Virus record (IMG/VR): IMGVR_UViG_3300009514_000888
Coordinates: 32,001 to 96,000 of that record
Direction: 5' to 3' (one strand)
Length of the DNA stretch: 64,000 nt
DNA from: a virus
Part shown: positions 39,001-48,147 of the stretch, one piece after another
Layout of the letters: the number at the start of each line of letters is the position of its first letter
Numbering within the stretch: position 1 is the stretch's first letter
Translations under genes and position numbers: made by a program
Notes under the pieces: model-generated
Seen by the model: only the letters and a program-made list of their open reading frames with translations
What the model was told of the DNA's origin: nothing
Database searches by the model: none

Positions 39001-40038
39001 GATGATGAGCAAAGCCGTAGCCTTAAGCGGAATATCTATGTTTTCCCGACCGTCAAGTTTAACGAAATGCATTTGCGGGATAAATCGAACTTTATCCAAA
39101 TCCTCATGCAGGCGTATGACAAGGGCATGGTCTCCTTACAGACTGTTTTGGACGAAATGGGTCTGGACTACGATGTCGAAATCGAACGTCGTAGAGAGGA
39201 AAACCTCGTCACCACAGCAACGGGCATGATGATGCCTGGCGCAAATGCCGGACCAATGGGTATGGGCGGCGGCGCTCCGCCAATGGGCGGCGGCGGGCCA
39301 CCTCCACCTGGAGATATGGGAGGCATGGGAGGCGGTCCAGAGATGGGCATGCCTGGCGCTCCGCCTGGCGGAGGGATGGGTGCTGGCGCAGGCGCGCCGG
39401 GCGCAGGAGCGCCTGGTGCAGGCGGGATGGGCGCAGCGGCAGCAGGTCCAGGCATGAGTCCAGAAGAAGGTGTCGCCGCGCCTTCAAAGGTCATGAAAAG
39501 AGGCAAGGGCGATAAGAAAGGCAAGGAAGAAGAGATGGCAGTGGCCCCTAAGCTGTTTAAGTTGACCAAACTTGAGCAGAAGATGAAGAAGATGCTAGAG
39601 ACCCTGGATGTTCCTTATGGGCTTTACGGCCAATATCAGATTCAGCTAGCAGGGCAGCAGCAGCCGTTCTTGCTTGATTTTGCGTATCCGAAGATTGGCA
39701 TAGGAATCGAAACGGATGGAGCTATATGGCATGAGCGACAGGACTTGAAGGAACGAGACAAGATGAGGGACCAGATGTTAGCGAATGTTGGTTGGCGTAT
39801 CCTCAGATTCAATGAGCAAGCAGTTAATGAGAATATGGATATGGTTCGCAATGTTGTCTACAAGAATATCATGGAAGCAGCCAAGGGACGCAAGAAGGCA
39901 GCAGAGAATCAGGATAGTATGTCCAAGTTTGCTGCCATGACAGAAGGCATAAATGATATAAACACAAAGGATTTTAAGGTTAGGCTTGAGGAATTAGACA
40001 ATAATATGGGATATATGTTGCTTGTAGGAACTTCGTAA
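36046..40038 (+). CDS. Portal protein with two inteins, Gly/Pro/Met-rich linker and C-terminal DUF559/Vsr-like nuclease domain
   Basis: Portal-like core (HLK...YG.S.LRR, P.RVVKVG, W....IFKP) in the head module. C-terminal LDFAYP..IGIETDG..WH...D..RD..L...GWRILRF. About 768 aa after splicing. Confidence 0.8.
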   Translation: MKLILPDTSPQGRRRKVAATGAISASSPATGHSTGYARSVSSLTPITKTSQFTGSGANTIFTQPMFFSPLHTPQNWQIASKRREIYQWSFIDNDINPCYLTLKSGQQKRISSFYTDSTYATSSYITDLNQDYVVLDGHGNLNRPDKVSKRWVSKKANKIKAVGLPESLVVTSDHKCRVIKRADLRCKYHSRKNCVHGHCAPTCTRFNCDLYKNVSYKISNVLASEIEVGDYILQPFPTDIIDSCISSIDEARFAGHLGADGWYCNGDNETGYKAVGVCMSVDEKEYVGGTVDAIFDQYGGSDCEYYNNKSKTLTAKRTSNVKTVKFADKILKGKGSKKRFTEQVTLLDPILQKHVLGAYIQSDGSYNKANDVFEITSYSPHLANQLLIMCYRCGILARVHKQPISRSTKTFKTDNQYRYILCIPSSECRKISEYVPGKSSNLSIRKKGSSWRFFWGNNVVTRVSSNEEFDYEGFVYDIRVPPSFTVCANGVSVHQCRFYYENEPKVAAGVDFYCFDPKTPVLMADGSQKAIESISVGDAVRSHDGSVGAVEEVHRRQAEEPIYCIHISGVNNGTLKATGGHRILVSRKEKIQWMNVCDLKKGDFLLAPCNYESVIDESGIRDTPYFVNGKYIYRQVLSVKKKPYKGDVYDLTVHGAHTYVANRVAVHNSTFAMNGFKLECKSQDVLEYFEQLIEDIDLADWLQHISHEYYLLGDVFPFLEIECPTCKGKGVDPKTRDRCSHPGGTFRSIRLMNPDYIEVQDNVLADHPVIAMMPDEELRMIIARRQPKEIYEKLPQELVDLVATGRPIPLSPRSVSHLKFNGSAYGTYGTSMLRRLFTILAYKTKIMTANWIVAERMILPVRVVKVGDKDRPASEDDLQDVANQLAAVVNDPNLTIITHHAFEYMWHGATGKIHNISAELEEVGKEILDGLMLNQAILNGEAAGYNSAQVGVEVMIRRLENWRNKLAKWVQNHIFKPIAMMQGFLDDEQSRSLKRNIYVFPTVKFNEMHLRDKSNFIQILMQAYDKGMVSLQTVLDEMGLDYDVEIERRREENLVTTATGMMMPGANAGPMGMGGGAPPMGGGGPPPPGDMGGMGGGPEMGMPGAPPGGGMGAGAGAPGAGAPGAGGMGAAAAGPGMSPEEGVAAPSKVMKRGKGDKKGKEEEMAVAPKLFKLTKLEQKMKKMLETLDVPYGLYGQYQIQLAGQQQPFLLDFAYPKIGIGIETDGAIWHERQDLKERDKMRDQMLANVGWRILRFNEQAVNENMDMVRNVVYKNIMEAAKGRKKAAENQDSMSKFAAMTEGINDINTKDFKVRLEELDNNMGYMLLVGTS
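36310..37530 (+). mobile_element. Portal intein 1 (407 aa, Ser start, Gln end, LAGLIDADG)
   Basis: IYQW|SFIDND...VTSDH...GHLGADG...GAYIQSDG...VYDIRV...VSVHQ|CRFY. Confidence 0.88.
37585..38049 (+). mobile_element. Portal intein 2 (155-aa mini-intein)
   Basis: VDFY|CFDPKTPVLMADG...ATGGH...VYDLTV...VAVHN|STF. Confidence 0.92.
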
Positions 40039-40413
40039 ATGAAGCAGGTTGTCACTGAATCTTTTCTCAAATTAGCCGCATTCAACTCCGAGAAGTCAGA
40101 ATCTATTCGCAAGGGTATCATTGATTTGCGACCAGACCTGCAACAGGGCTGGTTGTATGTCAATTATTCTGGAGGAGATCTGACTTATTATCTGGACAAG
40201 CACAAGGATGTCAGGGCTACATTGCCTGCGGACCAGCTGCATGCGATGGAGGCCACTGAGATGGCGCAATGGTTTGCCAGGGAACTTGGCGGACAGGTAG
40301 ATGCATTGGGGATTAATCTTGATGAAACAGAACGGCAATGGAAAGGTGACATGGAAGAGTATCGGAGACAGGACCGAGATCCAGAGCATCCGGCTTTTAA
40401 GAGCAAGATTTGA
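40039..40413 (+). CDS. Hypothetical protein, putative head protein
   Basis: N-terminus MKQVVTESFLKLAA. Confidence 0.55.
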   Translation: MKQVVTESFLKLAAFNSEKSESIRKGIIDLRPDLQQGWLYVNYSGGDLTYYLDKHKDVRATLPADQLHAMEATEMAQWFARELGGQVDALGINLDETERQWKGDMEEYRRQDRDPEHPAFKSKI

Positions 40414-40901
40414 TAATGTCTTTCAACCTGAGAAAACAATCTGATGGAGAGGGTTCAGGCGGCCCGAGAAGGATCAAGGATCGAGGCATCCAGTGGCAAG
40501 AGCAGTACCGAGAAAAGTCAGATGACCTAAAACATCGTTACGAACAGATATTGGGGCCTGGGTCTTATTATCGCTGGGAGGGTCATGATTACACGACTAA
40601 CAGCGATTATTTTGTCGTGGCAGGTCCAGCGATGACCAAGGAGGGTCGAAAGATGTTTTTTGCTGGCATTAAGAAATTACCTCCTGGAGAAGACCCTTCT
40701 AAGCACTTTGCTCCTGCGGGGGAATACTTTGGATCGATGAATGGCGCTTTGAGTCATGCCTCAGAAAAGTGGGGAATTAGGTTTCCGCAGGGCAATCCTA
40801 ATTATCAGAAAGAGCAGCTCGCTCCGCTGGATATTCCGAGGCACGTGAAGGCCAGTTTGTCAGATCAAAAGAAATACTCTCAGGCCAACCCGCAAGCATG
40901 A
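40410..40901 (+). CDS. Hypothetical protein, putative head protein
   Basis: N-terminus MSFNLRKQS. Confidence 0.6.
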   Translation: MIMSFNLRKQSDGEGSGGPRRIKDRGIQWQEQYREKSDDLKHRYEQILGPGSYYRWEGHDYTTNSDYFVVAGPAMTKEGRKMFFAGIKKLPPGEDPSKHFAPAGEYFGSMNGALSHASEKWGIRFPQGNPNYQKEQLAPLDIPRHVKASLSDQKKYSQANPQA

Positions 40902-40967
40902 TATATTTCTATTGAGGACAGTACCATAAAGACTATTAAAACATCAGCATACAAGAAGTCTCTATAC

Positions 40968-41315
40968 ATGCGAAAGTATGCGCAGCCCAAAAATCCCTGG
41001 AACGACGTAGGCGAGATGAATCAGAGCGTTCCAGATGATAGCGTATCTGAATTTATGGGGGTAACTGACGAACAACTGTCAGAATGGATCGATCACAAAG
41101 AAGAAAGTCTAGCAGAAATAGACGCTGAAAATGCCAGCGAAACAGCGTTGTTTGGAGACTCTGGACCTGGCTCAGCTGTTGGACTTGGGGAGCAGAGAGC
41201 GTGGCTCAGACGAGCCAAGAAAGAGCTTGCCAGAAGGCGGCCAAGCCCTCCTGCTAAACCAGATTTTGATTTTGGAGAATTTCCTCCTGGCGCAACAGAT
41301 GATGTGCCCTTCTAA
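40968..41315 (+). CDS. Hypothetical acidic protein
   Basis: N-terminus MRKYAQ. Confidence 0.55.
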   Translation: MRKYAQPKNPWNDVGEMNQSVPDDSVSEFMGVTDEQLSEWIDHKEESLAEIDAENASETALFGDSGPGSAVGLGEQRAWLRRAKKELARRRPSPPAKPDFDFGEFPPGATDDVPF

Positions 41316-41390
41316 GCAGAATAGAGGAATTTCTCATAAATTTCGATACAACATAAGGATAGCTAGCTGGCCAGTTAGCGAGATTGATTC

Positions 41391-44300
41391 ATGAGTTTAA
41401 CAAAGACGGCTACGTCTAACAATTGTTCTATCCATCCCCTCAATAACCCAGGTTGGGATATATACAAGTTGCCAGAGATGGTCAAGATGGCTTCGCTTGA
41501 AAAATCGAAGGGCGAAGACCTCGGTGGTTTCGATCTCGGCGCAGCTGTAAAAGATCACCCAGATAACCTTTTCGTCAAGATTTTCGCCATCAAAGAAGAT
41601 GAAGTCAACGACAATGGCGACTACTTTTCAGCAGAAGAATTAGAGAAATCAGCTGGTACATTTGTTGGCGTTCCAGTATTCACCAATCACCAAAATGACG
41701 ACATCGAACGCGCCAGGGGCGAATGCGTCCACGCATGGTATGACAAGGATGCGCAGGGCATTTTCATTATTGCCAGAGTTGATAAGATCGCTTATCCGAA
41801 ATTAGCCCGAGGCATAGAAGAACAAATCATTAAATCAACCTCAATGGGCGCGTCACGCGGCCATGATCTCGTTACCATGTCCGACTATTCGTATAAGCGG
41901 GTAGACGAATTAAAAATAGGAGATCAGGTTATTACTCATACGGGAAGGACAGAGAGTGTCCATGCCCTTTGCAGAACCCAAGAACATGACGAATTATATC
42001 ACATTAAATGGAATGGCAAGAAATCTGGTCTTGCCCTAAGCCATGAACATCCCGTTCTGATACTTAGGCATGATGATCTTCATTTGGCGCAGCCAACTGG
42101 GGAAAGATGCAGAAAGACTCCGCTAGAGATCAATGAAAACATAAAGCCTGCATTCGTTGAAGCAAGCCAGGTTAGAGAAGGGGATTATGTTCTCGAGATT
42201 ATTGATGGGCCTAGGTCTGATATAGACACCGAGATAGGTAGAGTCGCCTTGAATACAGGGGCTCCAGTCACGCTTTCTGGGCATGATGTCGTTGCCTTGA
42301 CATCTACCGTCATGGACCCTGACGCCGAGTATACGGGACATCATTTTGCTATTTCTGATCCATTGTCAGCATTTTCATACAAAGTAAAGCTAAATAAGCG
42401 ATCCAAAAGACTTAAATTTGACTCATTCTTTTATGACAAATATATTGCTCACAGGGTAGAATCTGTAGATAAGATTAGGAATACAGAACCTACTTATTAT
42501 GTGCAGATAGGGGAGATAGATGATACCGAAAGTGATCATAGCTATATTCTAAACGATATTGCTACTCACAACTGCTCGGTGGAGGGCAGTGTGTGCTCTA
42601 TTTGCCATAATTACTCTACGACAGCTGATTCGTATTGCACGCATATTAGAAATCAAAAAACAAGAAAAACATCAACGACCTGCAAATGCAAATATCACGA
42701 AAGCGCAGATTTAGATGGCAGTAAAAAAGATGAGCCTTGCCCTGTTTGCGGCGCTACCAAGAGTGACTCGAAGCAACTCAAGCACTCTGATCAGGAAGTC
42801 TTTGAATACAACTACGGGCTGAAGTTCATCGAGAACTCGTTCGTGGTCAATCCTGCGTGCCATACCTGCGGCGTTGCATGTATTCTCAATGAACCAGAGA
42901 TAAACAAGAAAGTTGCTTTCCTTCAGGAGCGCATTCAGAAACTTTCTCATGATTTCAATAAGGGAATTAAACTCGGGAAAAATGCTGGGCGAGAAGAATT
43001 AGATGCCCTTCAGGAAGCAATGAACAATATCGAAAAAGTATCCAAGTCTATGTTGGCCCAAAAAGACCAAGTAGACCTGGAATTCGTCAGCGATCTCGTC
43101 AAACTCATGTCTGACTTACAGGATACAACTGACGAACTTATGGAGATGGGATATGCGCAACTCCCGTCTCCTCCAGACTTTGTGACTGGGTCGGGGGTAG
43201 AGGGCGATGTTACATTTCCTGATCCAACTGCGGGTATCCCGCAGCCTGCGCAGCAGATGGGGCCGCCACCGGCGACTCAAACGACTCAGACTCCGTCTGC
43301 GACCCAGACTGACATTATAGGCGGCCTAGGTTCGGTAACTAAGCCTGCAATGTCAACGTTAGTCAATCAAAAGAAGGAGTTTATAAGAACTTCTTCGAAT
43401 CTGGGTAAAAAGATTTCTGCGCTAGCAAGGCGCATAAACAATCTGGCAAGGAGCAGCACTGTGTCCGATGCCCATACGCATGTTTGGGATGATGGGAGTG
43501 ACCCATCTTCCCGCAATGTATTAATAGACGAAACCTATATCACAGAGTCCCAGGGGGATACGGTGCTGCGGGTTTCTGCCATTTCTGAATTACCCACTGA
43601 TCTTCAAAAGATGATTAGGTCGAATCCCCAAGAAGCGGGGAGACGTGTCCTTGCGAGCTATAAGGAGTCTGGATATACCATGAAAGATAACTCAACTGAG
43701 AAGACCGCTGCTGTCGGGCCGTTCGGCAAGGATAGCGCGTCCCAGCAAGAGGTCATTACTGAAAAGCAGTTGCGCAACGAACCTCCTGACCTGCACCCTC
43801 GCTGGGGCGATACCTATGAGCAGATTACTGAGTCCAATGAGCAACTTGGACGCAGCGATGATAAGATGCATGATACCACTTCTGATTCCCCGCAAAAAAG
43901 ACTGGGAACTTATGAAACAATCACTGAGGACCAGCTAAAGGTCGTTACTGATGGTCATATTGTGCGCGCCAATGACTGGCCCGAAGTTGTGACTGAAAAG
44001 CAATGGACTGATATGGCTCGCCTCGTCAGCGCTGAACTACCAGACGACTGGACAGAGCGTATCACCGAAGCACAAATCCGCGATCTTCTGGATCATCACA
44101 GGTTCGTCGGACCTTATGAAACTATTACCGAAGATCAGCTTAAGAATCAGGACTGGGGCATCAAGCGATGGGCCAGCGCGACTTATACACAACAGCTGGC
44201 GAAGGTTGCTGTGAATGCCATCTCTGATGCGATTGCTCGCTTTAATAAGACTCCAGAAGAGATCGACAGGGTAGCGTCATATGTGAATGATAACCCCGTT

Positions 44301-47300
44301 AATACATCAAAGATTGCGTTCCTGACGCTCATCAATGCCCTTCCTTTTAAGAAGAAAGCACGCGAGAAACTCGCCAGGAATGTTGCTTATTTCCAGAAAA
44401 GAGCGTCTAAGAGCGCAGAAATGCCGAATGCCCTCGATGCTCTGATCATTTCTATCGCCAATCATGCCCATCATGGCTTGAGGGCGGAGGATGTCTATGA
44501 AGCTATCGCTCGCTCCCTAAATAACAAGAAGGCGATGGCCAAGGTAGATAGCCTTGTGCAAACTAAATTGGCTTCCGTTCCTGGAATGGAAGATGAGATT
44601 CTTGATAAGTTTTCGGCTATTGATCGCGCCTTCGATATGGTTGATCGCCCCGAAGACGGTAAATGGCAGGTCAAGGCAACGGTTAAGGAGGTCTTGGCTT
44701 CCGCTAATAAGGAAGCTCGCACCAATAAGGCTAAGTTCATCCAGGCTGCCCATGAGTTCGCTTTGGACCAGATCGGACCTGAACTGGATAAGAAAGCTGG
44801 CGTTCTGCTAGAAATCGAAGTCCAGGATGGCACTGTGTCTGTTACTGAAGGCGATAGCGGAATGGGACTTGAGGGTCCAGATGAACTGCTAGAAGATTTC
44901 GACATGGAGCTACTGGGAGATGAGGGCGACCTCGGCGATGGCCTGGGCGGCGACCTCGGCGACGATGAAAAAGACATGGGCGGCATGGCTGGCACCGGCG
45001 GTATGGCCGGAACAGGCGGCGGCGCAGGTATGAGCTATATGGCGTCTCAGAATGCGCGATCTAAAATCACCAAGCAGGCTCAGCTCATGGGCGGGGAAAT
45101 GGGCGGCCAGGGCGGCGCAGCGCAGGCTCCTGGCGCGGGGGCAACTTTGCCCCAGCCCCCAATGGGAGAAGCGCCTCCAATGGAAAGCTTTACTGGTCAG
45201 GATGACGAGTTGGGCGGCGAATCGCATGACCTGTCTCCGAAGCCACCTGGCTCGATTTGCCCTGTTTGTGGCAGCGAAGATGTTGATGTTGCTGAAGGCG
45301 GAAGTCGTTGCGCCAACTGCGGGAGCGACTTCAGCGTCAAGGTTAATCTCGAAGTTAACGATTGGGCGAACCTCACCAGCACCGAAGATAATCTTGAAAG
45401 CGGCGAATTGGGCGGCGAGGATGAAGGGATGGGATTCGAGATGCCAGAAGGCGGCGGGGCAGGCGCTCCTGAAATGCCTATCGCGGCGATGACTCGCATA
45501 TCTCCCGAAGCTCTTCAAAAGGTTGCCAAGATGGCTGAGGCCATCAAGGGTACGAGCGAAGAGAGCTGGGGTAAGTTCTCAAAGCTTGTATCGGATGGAG
45601 GATACGGGTTAAGCCAGAAGATGGCAGAAAGCTATGCGACTAAGCAGGAAGTTAAGCTTGGATCGATTAGTCCATTGACCGGCAATGATAATACCGTCCA
45701 CATGGGCGGAAATGAATACGTTTGTCTTGCGACTGGCACGAAGTATACGGTTGACTTTGCAACCAATACCAAGAAGCCAGAGCATGTTTATGCCCAATGG
45801 GCTTATACGCCTAGGTATGCAAGCGCAATCTGCCCGTCTTGCAATAGGGCAAGAAAGCGTTTCGCTTCACAGCTTAAAGCATTCGGCGTCAAAGAAGACC
45901 AGTTCGATGCTATGAATCCTTATGAAAAGGCCAAGACCATCGTTGCTATGAAGAAGGCTGGCGTTCTCAAGGAAATCAAGACTGCTGATAAGATCGGAAC
46001 AGTGCTCCAGGATTACAAGAAGGCTTACGGCGTCTTTGGGAATGGCGACAAGTTCCCGATGGAATCTTGCCGACATAAGCTGGCTCGTAAGTGGGGAGAA
46101 AACTCCCTGGCTATTAGCGGACCTTGCGAAGGACAGCCTATCCATGAGTGCGTTTGTAATCAGCTAAAGAATGCAGGAATCTATTCAGATCAGGTTGCCA
46201 TCAAGCTCGCATCTGTTTGGAGCGGAGCTGATGGATTCGAAGATTGCGTTACCGACCAGGTCCGATCCAGACTCTCCCTGAGAGAGGCGGCGGTTGTTTG
46301 CTCGGCCCTGAAAACCGCGCTCGCCAATGATGAAGAATTCCTCGGCGACAGCCTTGGAGATGATATGGGCGGCGACCTCGGCGGCGATGATATGTCCGCC
46401 GTTGGCGATGAGCTCGGCGGCGATGAACTCGGCGACGACTTCGATCCGTTTGATGGCGGAATGGAAGGCGGCGACCTGGGCGGCGGGATGGTGACTTTGG
46501 AACTGTCCGAAGATGTTGCGAAGGAACTCGATGCCAACCTGGATGCCGCTCTTGGTAGCGATCCAACTGATGACCTCGGCGAAGGAGAAAGCCTGGGCGA
46601 GGCCGCTCCTGGGCTGGAAGGCGGCGAAGGGCTTGACGCTGGCGGAGACCTTGGCGTGGGCGGCAGCAATATTGATGAGCTAGATATGCTTGACGAGAAT
46701 GCCTGCAAGCCGTGTCATGATGCGAAGCCCATGATGGGCGGCAATAACATGGTGCCTACTGCTGGTAAGAAGGACAAGAATGAAGGAAAGAACGTCGATG
46801 AGTTTGTAAACAATGAACTTAAGGAGCCTGGCGATCTCAAGGGAGTTGAAACCAAGAAATCGTCTGACTCGGTCCAGCACAAGGAGGCCTCTCATATGAG
46901 AAGTAGCTTTAGCAGAACAGGACAGGTAGAAATGGACCTGCTCTCAGTAGCACGAAAACTCGGCCTCTCTAAAGAATCTGGCGAAAAAGAAATTCAACAA
47001 GAACTCGTTCAAGACTCCGGCGATATCGGTTCTTACTCTGCTGGCGACCCGCTCGGCAGCGATCTCCCGTCCGCAATGGGGCATGAAACCGAATCCGTCT
47101 CCACCGCAGAGCATCCCAGCGTTCCTCGCGGCGAAGCCCTGATGGGACACGAGTCTGATAATATTGATAAGTCCGAACCCCTGCCGCATATCCCGTCTGA
47201 TAAAGGCACGATGGGGCATGAGGACGAAGTCGGACTGTCCGGCGGCGATGTCCGCTTCACGGGCGGATATGGGGCTGGCGGAGCTGGCTCTCCTGGCGCT

Positions 47301-48125
47301 GGCCAGGCAGAAACTAATGCCGCCTCCGAAGAGCAACTTCGCAAAGAAGCAGAAGAAAAGGTATTGAATGAAGTTGCCCGCATGAGAGGACTCGGCGGAA
47401 ACACAAAGTCCAGTATCGATTCTCTGGTTGATCGTTTGCTGGCCAATGCCGAAAAACCGCTCAAGCAAGCAGACTTCGGAAAATTAAAGGCCCCTAAGCC
47501 TGTTGCAGATGATAAGGATATCCAGCCAGTCGATGGCGGCGGCAAGGGTATCGCGCATGAACCGAATTTCTCGGCGGATACGCCGACGAATACCGAGGGA
47601 GGCAAGACCACATCCCTGATGGGACATGAGCGAGAATCGCTCGGTGGCGCTCCCAAATCCCCCGCCGATCATCCTACGGTCCCTGCTGATAATCAGCTGA
47701 TGGGTCATGAGGAAGGCGGCGAGGTTGGACCTGAAAAAGGTAGAGAAAACAAGGGTACCGTCATCGCAGGAGACGATGGTGCGTCCGAGGCTCGTACGAA
47801 ACTCGCAACAACCGTTGCGGCTGAAATGATGCAGTCCGGCCTGATCAAGGTCAATGAACTGCATAGTAAAATTGTTGAACTCAGCAAGTATGAGCCTGCC
47901 CAGATTCAAGACATTCGTAAGGCAATGTTTTCAGGGCGTAAAGGACTCGACACGGTATCGGACGGGCTCGAGCGGCCTGTAATCATCAATGAAGCTAGTA
48001 ATCAGAGAGATGGTAATCATGAACTCTCTGAAAAGCTCCAATCGATGTTTACCCTTTCAAAGCGAACAGAAGAGGCTTTGAAAGACCCAGATTTCGCTCT
48101 CAAATATGCTCATAGAGTGTTTTGA
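41391..48125 (+). CDS. Giant prohead protease/scaffold polyprotein (2244 aa) with intein
   Basis: N-terminal protease-like domain (NDNGDYF, PVFTNHQND...GEC, STSMG|CSV, FIENSFVVNPA). Followed by Zn ribbons, ITExQL repeats, acidic Gly-rich tracts and MGHE repeats. Lies just upstream of the capsid genes. Confidence 0.75.
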   Translation: MSLTKTATSNNCSIHPLNNPGWDIYKLPEMVKMASLEKSKGEDLGGFDLGAAVKDHPDNLFVKIFAIKEDEVNDNGDYFSAEELEKSAGTFVGVPVFTNHQNDDIERARGECVHAWYDKDAQGIFIIARVDKIAYPKLARGIEEQIIKSTSMGASRGHDLVTMSDYSYKRVDELKIGDQVITHTGRTESVHALCRTQEHDELYHIKWNGKKSGLALSHEHPVLILRHDDLHLAQPTGERCRKTPLEINENIKPAFVEASQVREGDYVLEIIDGPRSDIDTEIGRVALNTGAPVTLSGHDVVALTSTVMDPDAEYTGHHFAISDPLSAFSYKVKLNKRSKRLKFDSFFYDKYIAHRVESVDKIRNTEPTYYVQIGEIDDTESDHSYILNDIATHNCSVEGSVCSICHNYSTTADSYCTHIRNQKTRKTSTTCKCKYHESADLDGSKKDEPCPVCGATKSDSKQLKHSDQEVFEYNYGLKFIENSFVVNPACHTCGVACILNEPEINKKVAFLQERIQKLSHDFNKGIKLGKNAGREELDALQEAMNNIEKVSKSMLAQKDQVDLEFVSDLVKLMSDLQDTTDELMEMGYAQLPSPPDFVTGSGVEGDVTFPDPTAGIPQPAQQMGPPPATQTTQTPSATQTDIIGGLGSVTKPAMSTLVNQKKEFIRTSSNLGKKISALARRINNLARSSTVSDAHTHVWDDGSDPSSRNVLIDETYITESQGDTVLRVSAISELPTDLQKMIRSNPQEAGRRVLASYKESGYTMKDNSTEKTAAVGPFGKDSASQQEVITEKQLRNEPPDLHPRWGDTYEQITESNEQLGRSDDKMHDTTSDSPQKRLGTYETITEDQLKVVTDGHIVRANDWPEVVTEKQWTDMARLVSAELPDDWTERITEAQIRDLLDHHRFVGPYETITEDQLKNQDWGIKRWASATYTQQLAKVAVNAISDAIARFNKTPEEIDRVASYVNDNPVNTSKIAFLTLINALPFKKKAREKLARNVAYFQKRASKSAEMPNALDALIISIANHAHHGLRAEDVYEAIARSLNNKKAMAKVDSLVQTKLASVPGMEDEILDKFSAIDRAFDMVDRPEDGKWQVKATVKEVLASANKEARTNKAKFIQAAHEFALDQIGPELDKKAGVLLEIEVQDGTVSVTEGDSGMGLEGPDELLEDFDMELLGDEGDLGDGLGGDLGDDEKDMGGMAGTGGMAGTGGGAGMSYMASQNARSKITKQAQLMGGEMGGQGGAAQAPGAGATLPQPPMGEAPPMESFTGQDDELGGESHDLSPKPPGSICPVCGSEDVDVAEGGSRCANCGSDFSVKVNLEVNDWANLTSTEDNLESGELGGEDEGMGFEMPEGGGAGAPEMPIAAMTRISPEALQKVAKMAEAIKGTSEESWGKFSKLVSDGGYGLSQKMAESYATKQEVKLGSISPLTGNDNTVHMGGNEYVCLATGTKYTVDFATNTKKPEHVYAQWAYTPRYASAICPSCNRARKRFASQLKAFGVKEDQFDAMNPYEKAKTIVAMKKAGVLKEIKTADKIGTVLQDYKKAYGVFGNGDKFPMESCRHKLARKWGENSLAISGPCEGQPIHECVCNQLKNAGIYSDQVAIKLASVWSGADGFEDCVTDQVRSRLSLREAAVVCSALKTALANDEEFLGDSLGDDMGGDLGGDDMSAVGDELGGDELGDDFDPFDGGMEGGDLGGGMVTLELSEDVAKELDANLDAALGSDPTDDLGEGESLGEAAPGLEGGEGLDAGGDLGVGGSNIDELDMLDENACKPCHDAKPMMGGNNMVPTAGKKDKNEGKNVDEFVNNELKEPGDLKGVETKKSSDSVQHKEASHMRSSFSRTGQVEMDLLSVARKLGLSKESGEKEIQQELVQDSGDIGSYSAGDPLGSDLPSAMGHETESVSTAEHPSVPRGEALMGHESDNIDKSEPLPHIPSDKGTMGHEDEVGLSGGDVRFTGGYGAGGAGSPGAGQAETNAASEEQLRKEAEEKVLNEVARMRGLGGNTKSSIDSLVDRLLANAEKPLKQADFGKLKAPKPVADDKDIQPVDGGGKGIAHEPNFSADTPTNTEGGKTTSLMGHERESLGGAPKSPADHPTVPADNQLMGHEEGGEVGPEKGRENKGTVIAGDDGASEARTKLATTVAAEMMQSGLIKVNELHSKIVELSKYEPAQIQDIRKAMFSGRKGLDTVSDGLERPVIINEASNQRDGNHELSEKLQSMFTLSKRTEEALKDPDFALKYAHRVF
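41850..42572 (+). mobile_element. Intein starting with Ala (241 aa) at the protease SMG|C motif
   Basis: STSMG|ASRGHDLVTMSD...LSHEHPVL...SYILNDIATHN|CSVEG; block A spacing aligns A1/V8/M10/D12. Confidence 0.85.
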
Positions 48126-48147
48126 GCAAAGCTAGGAGAAAGTACAA

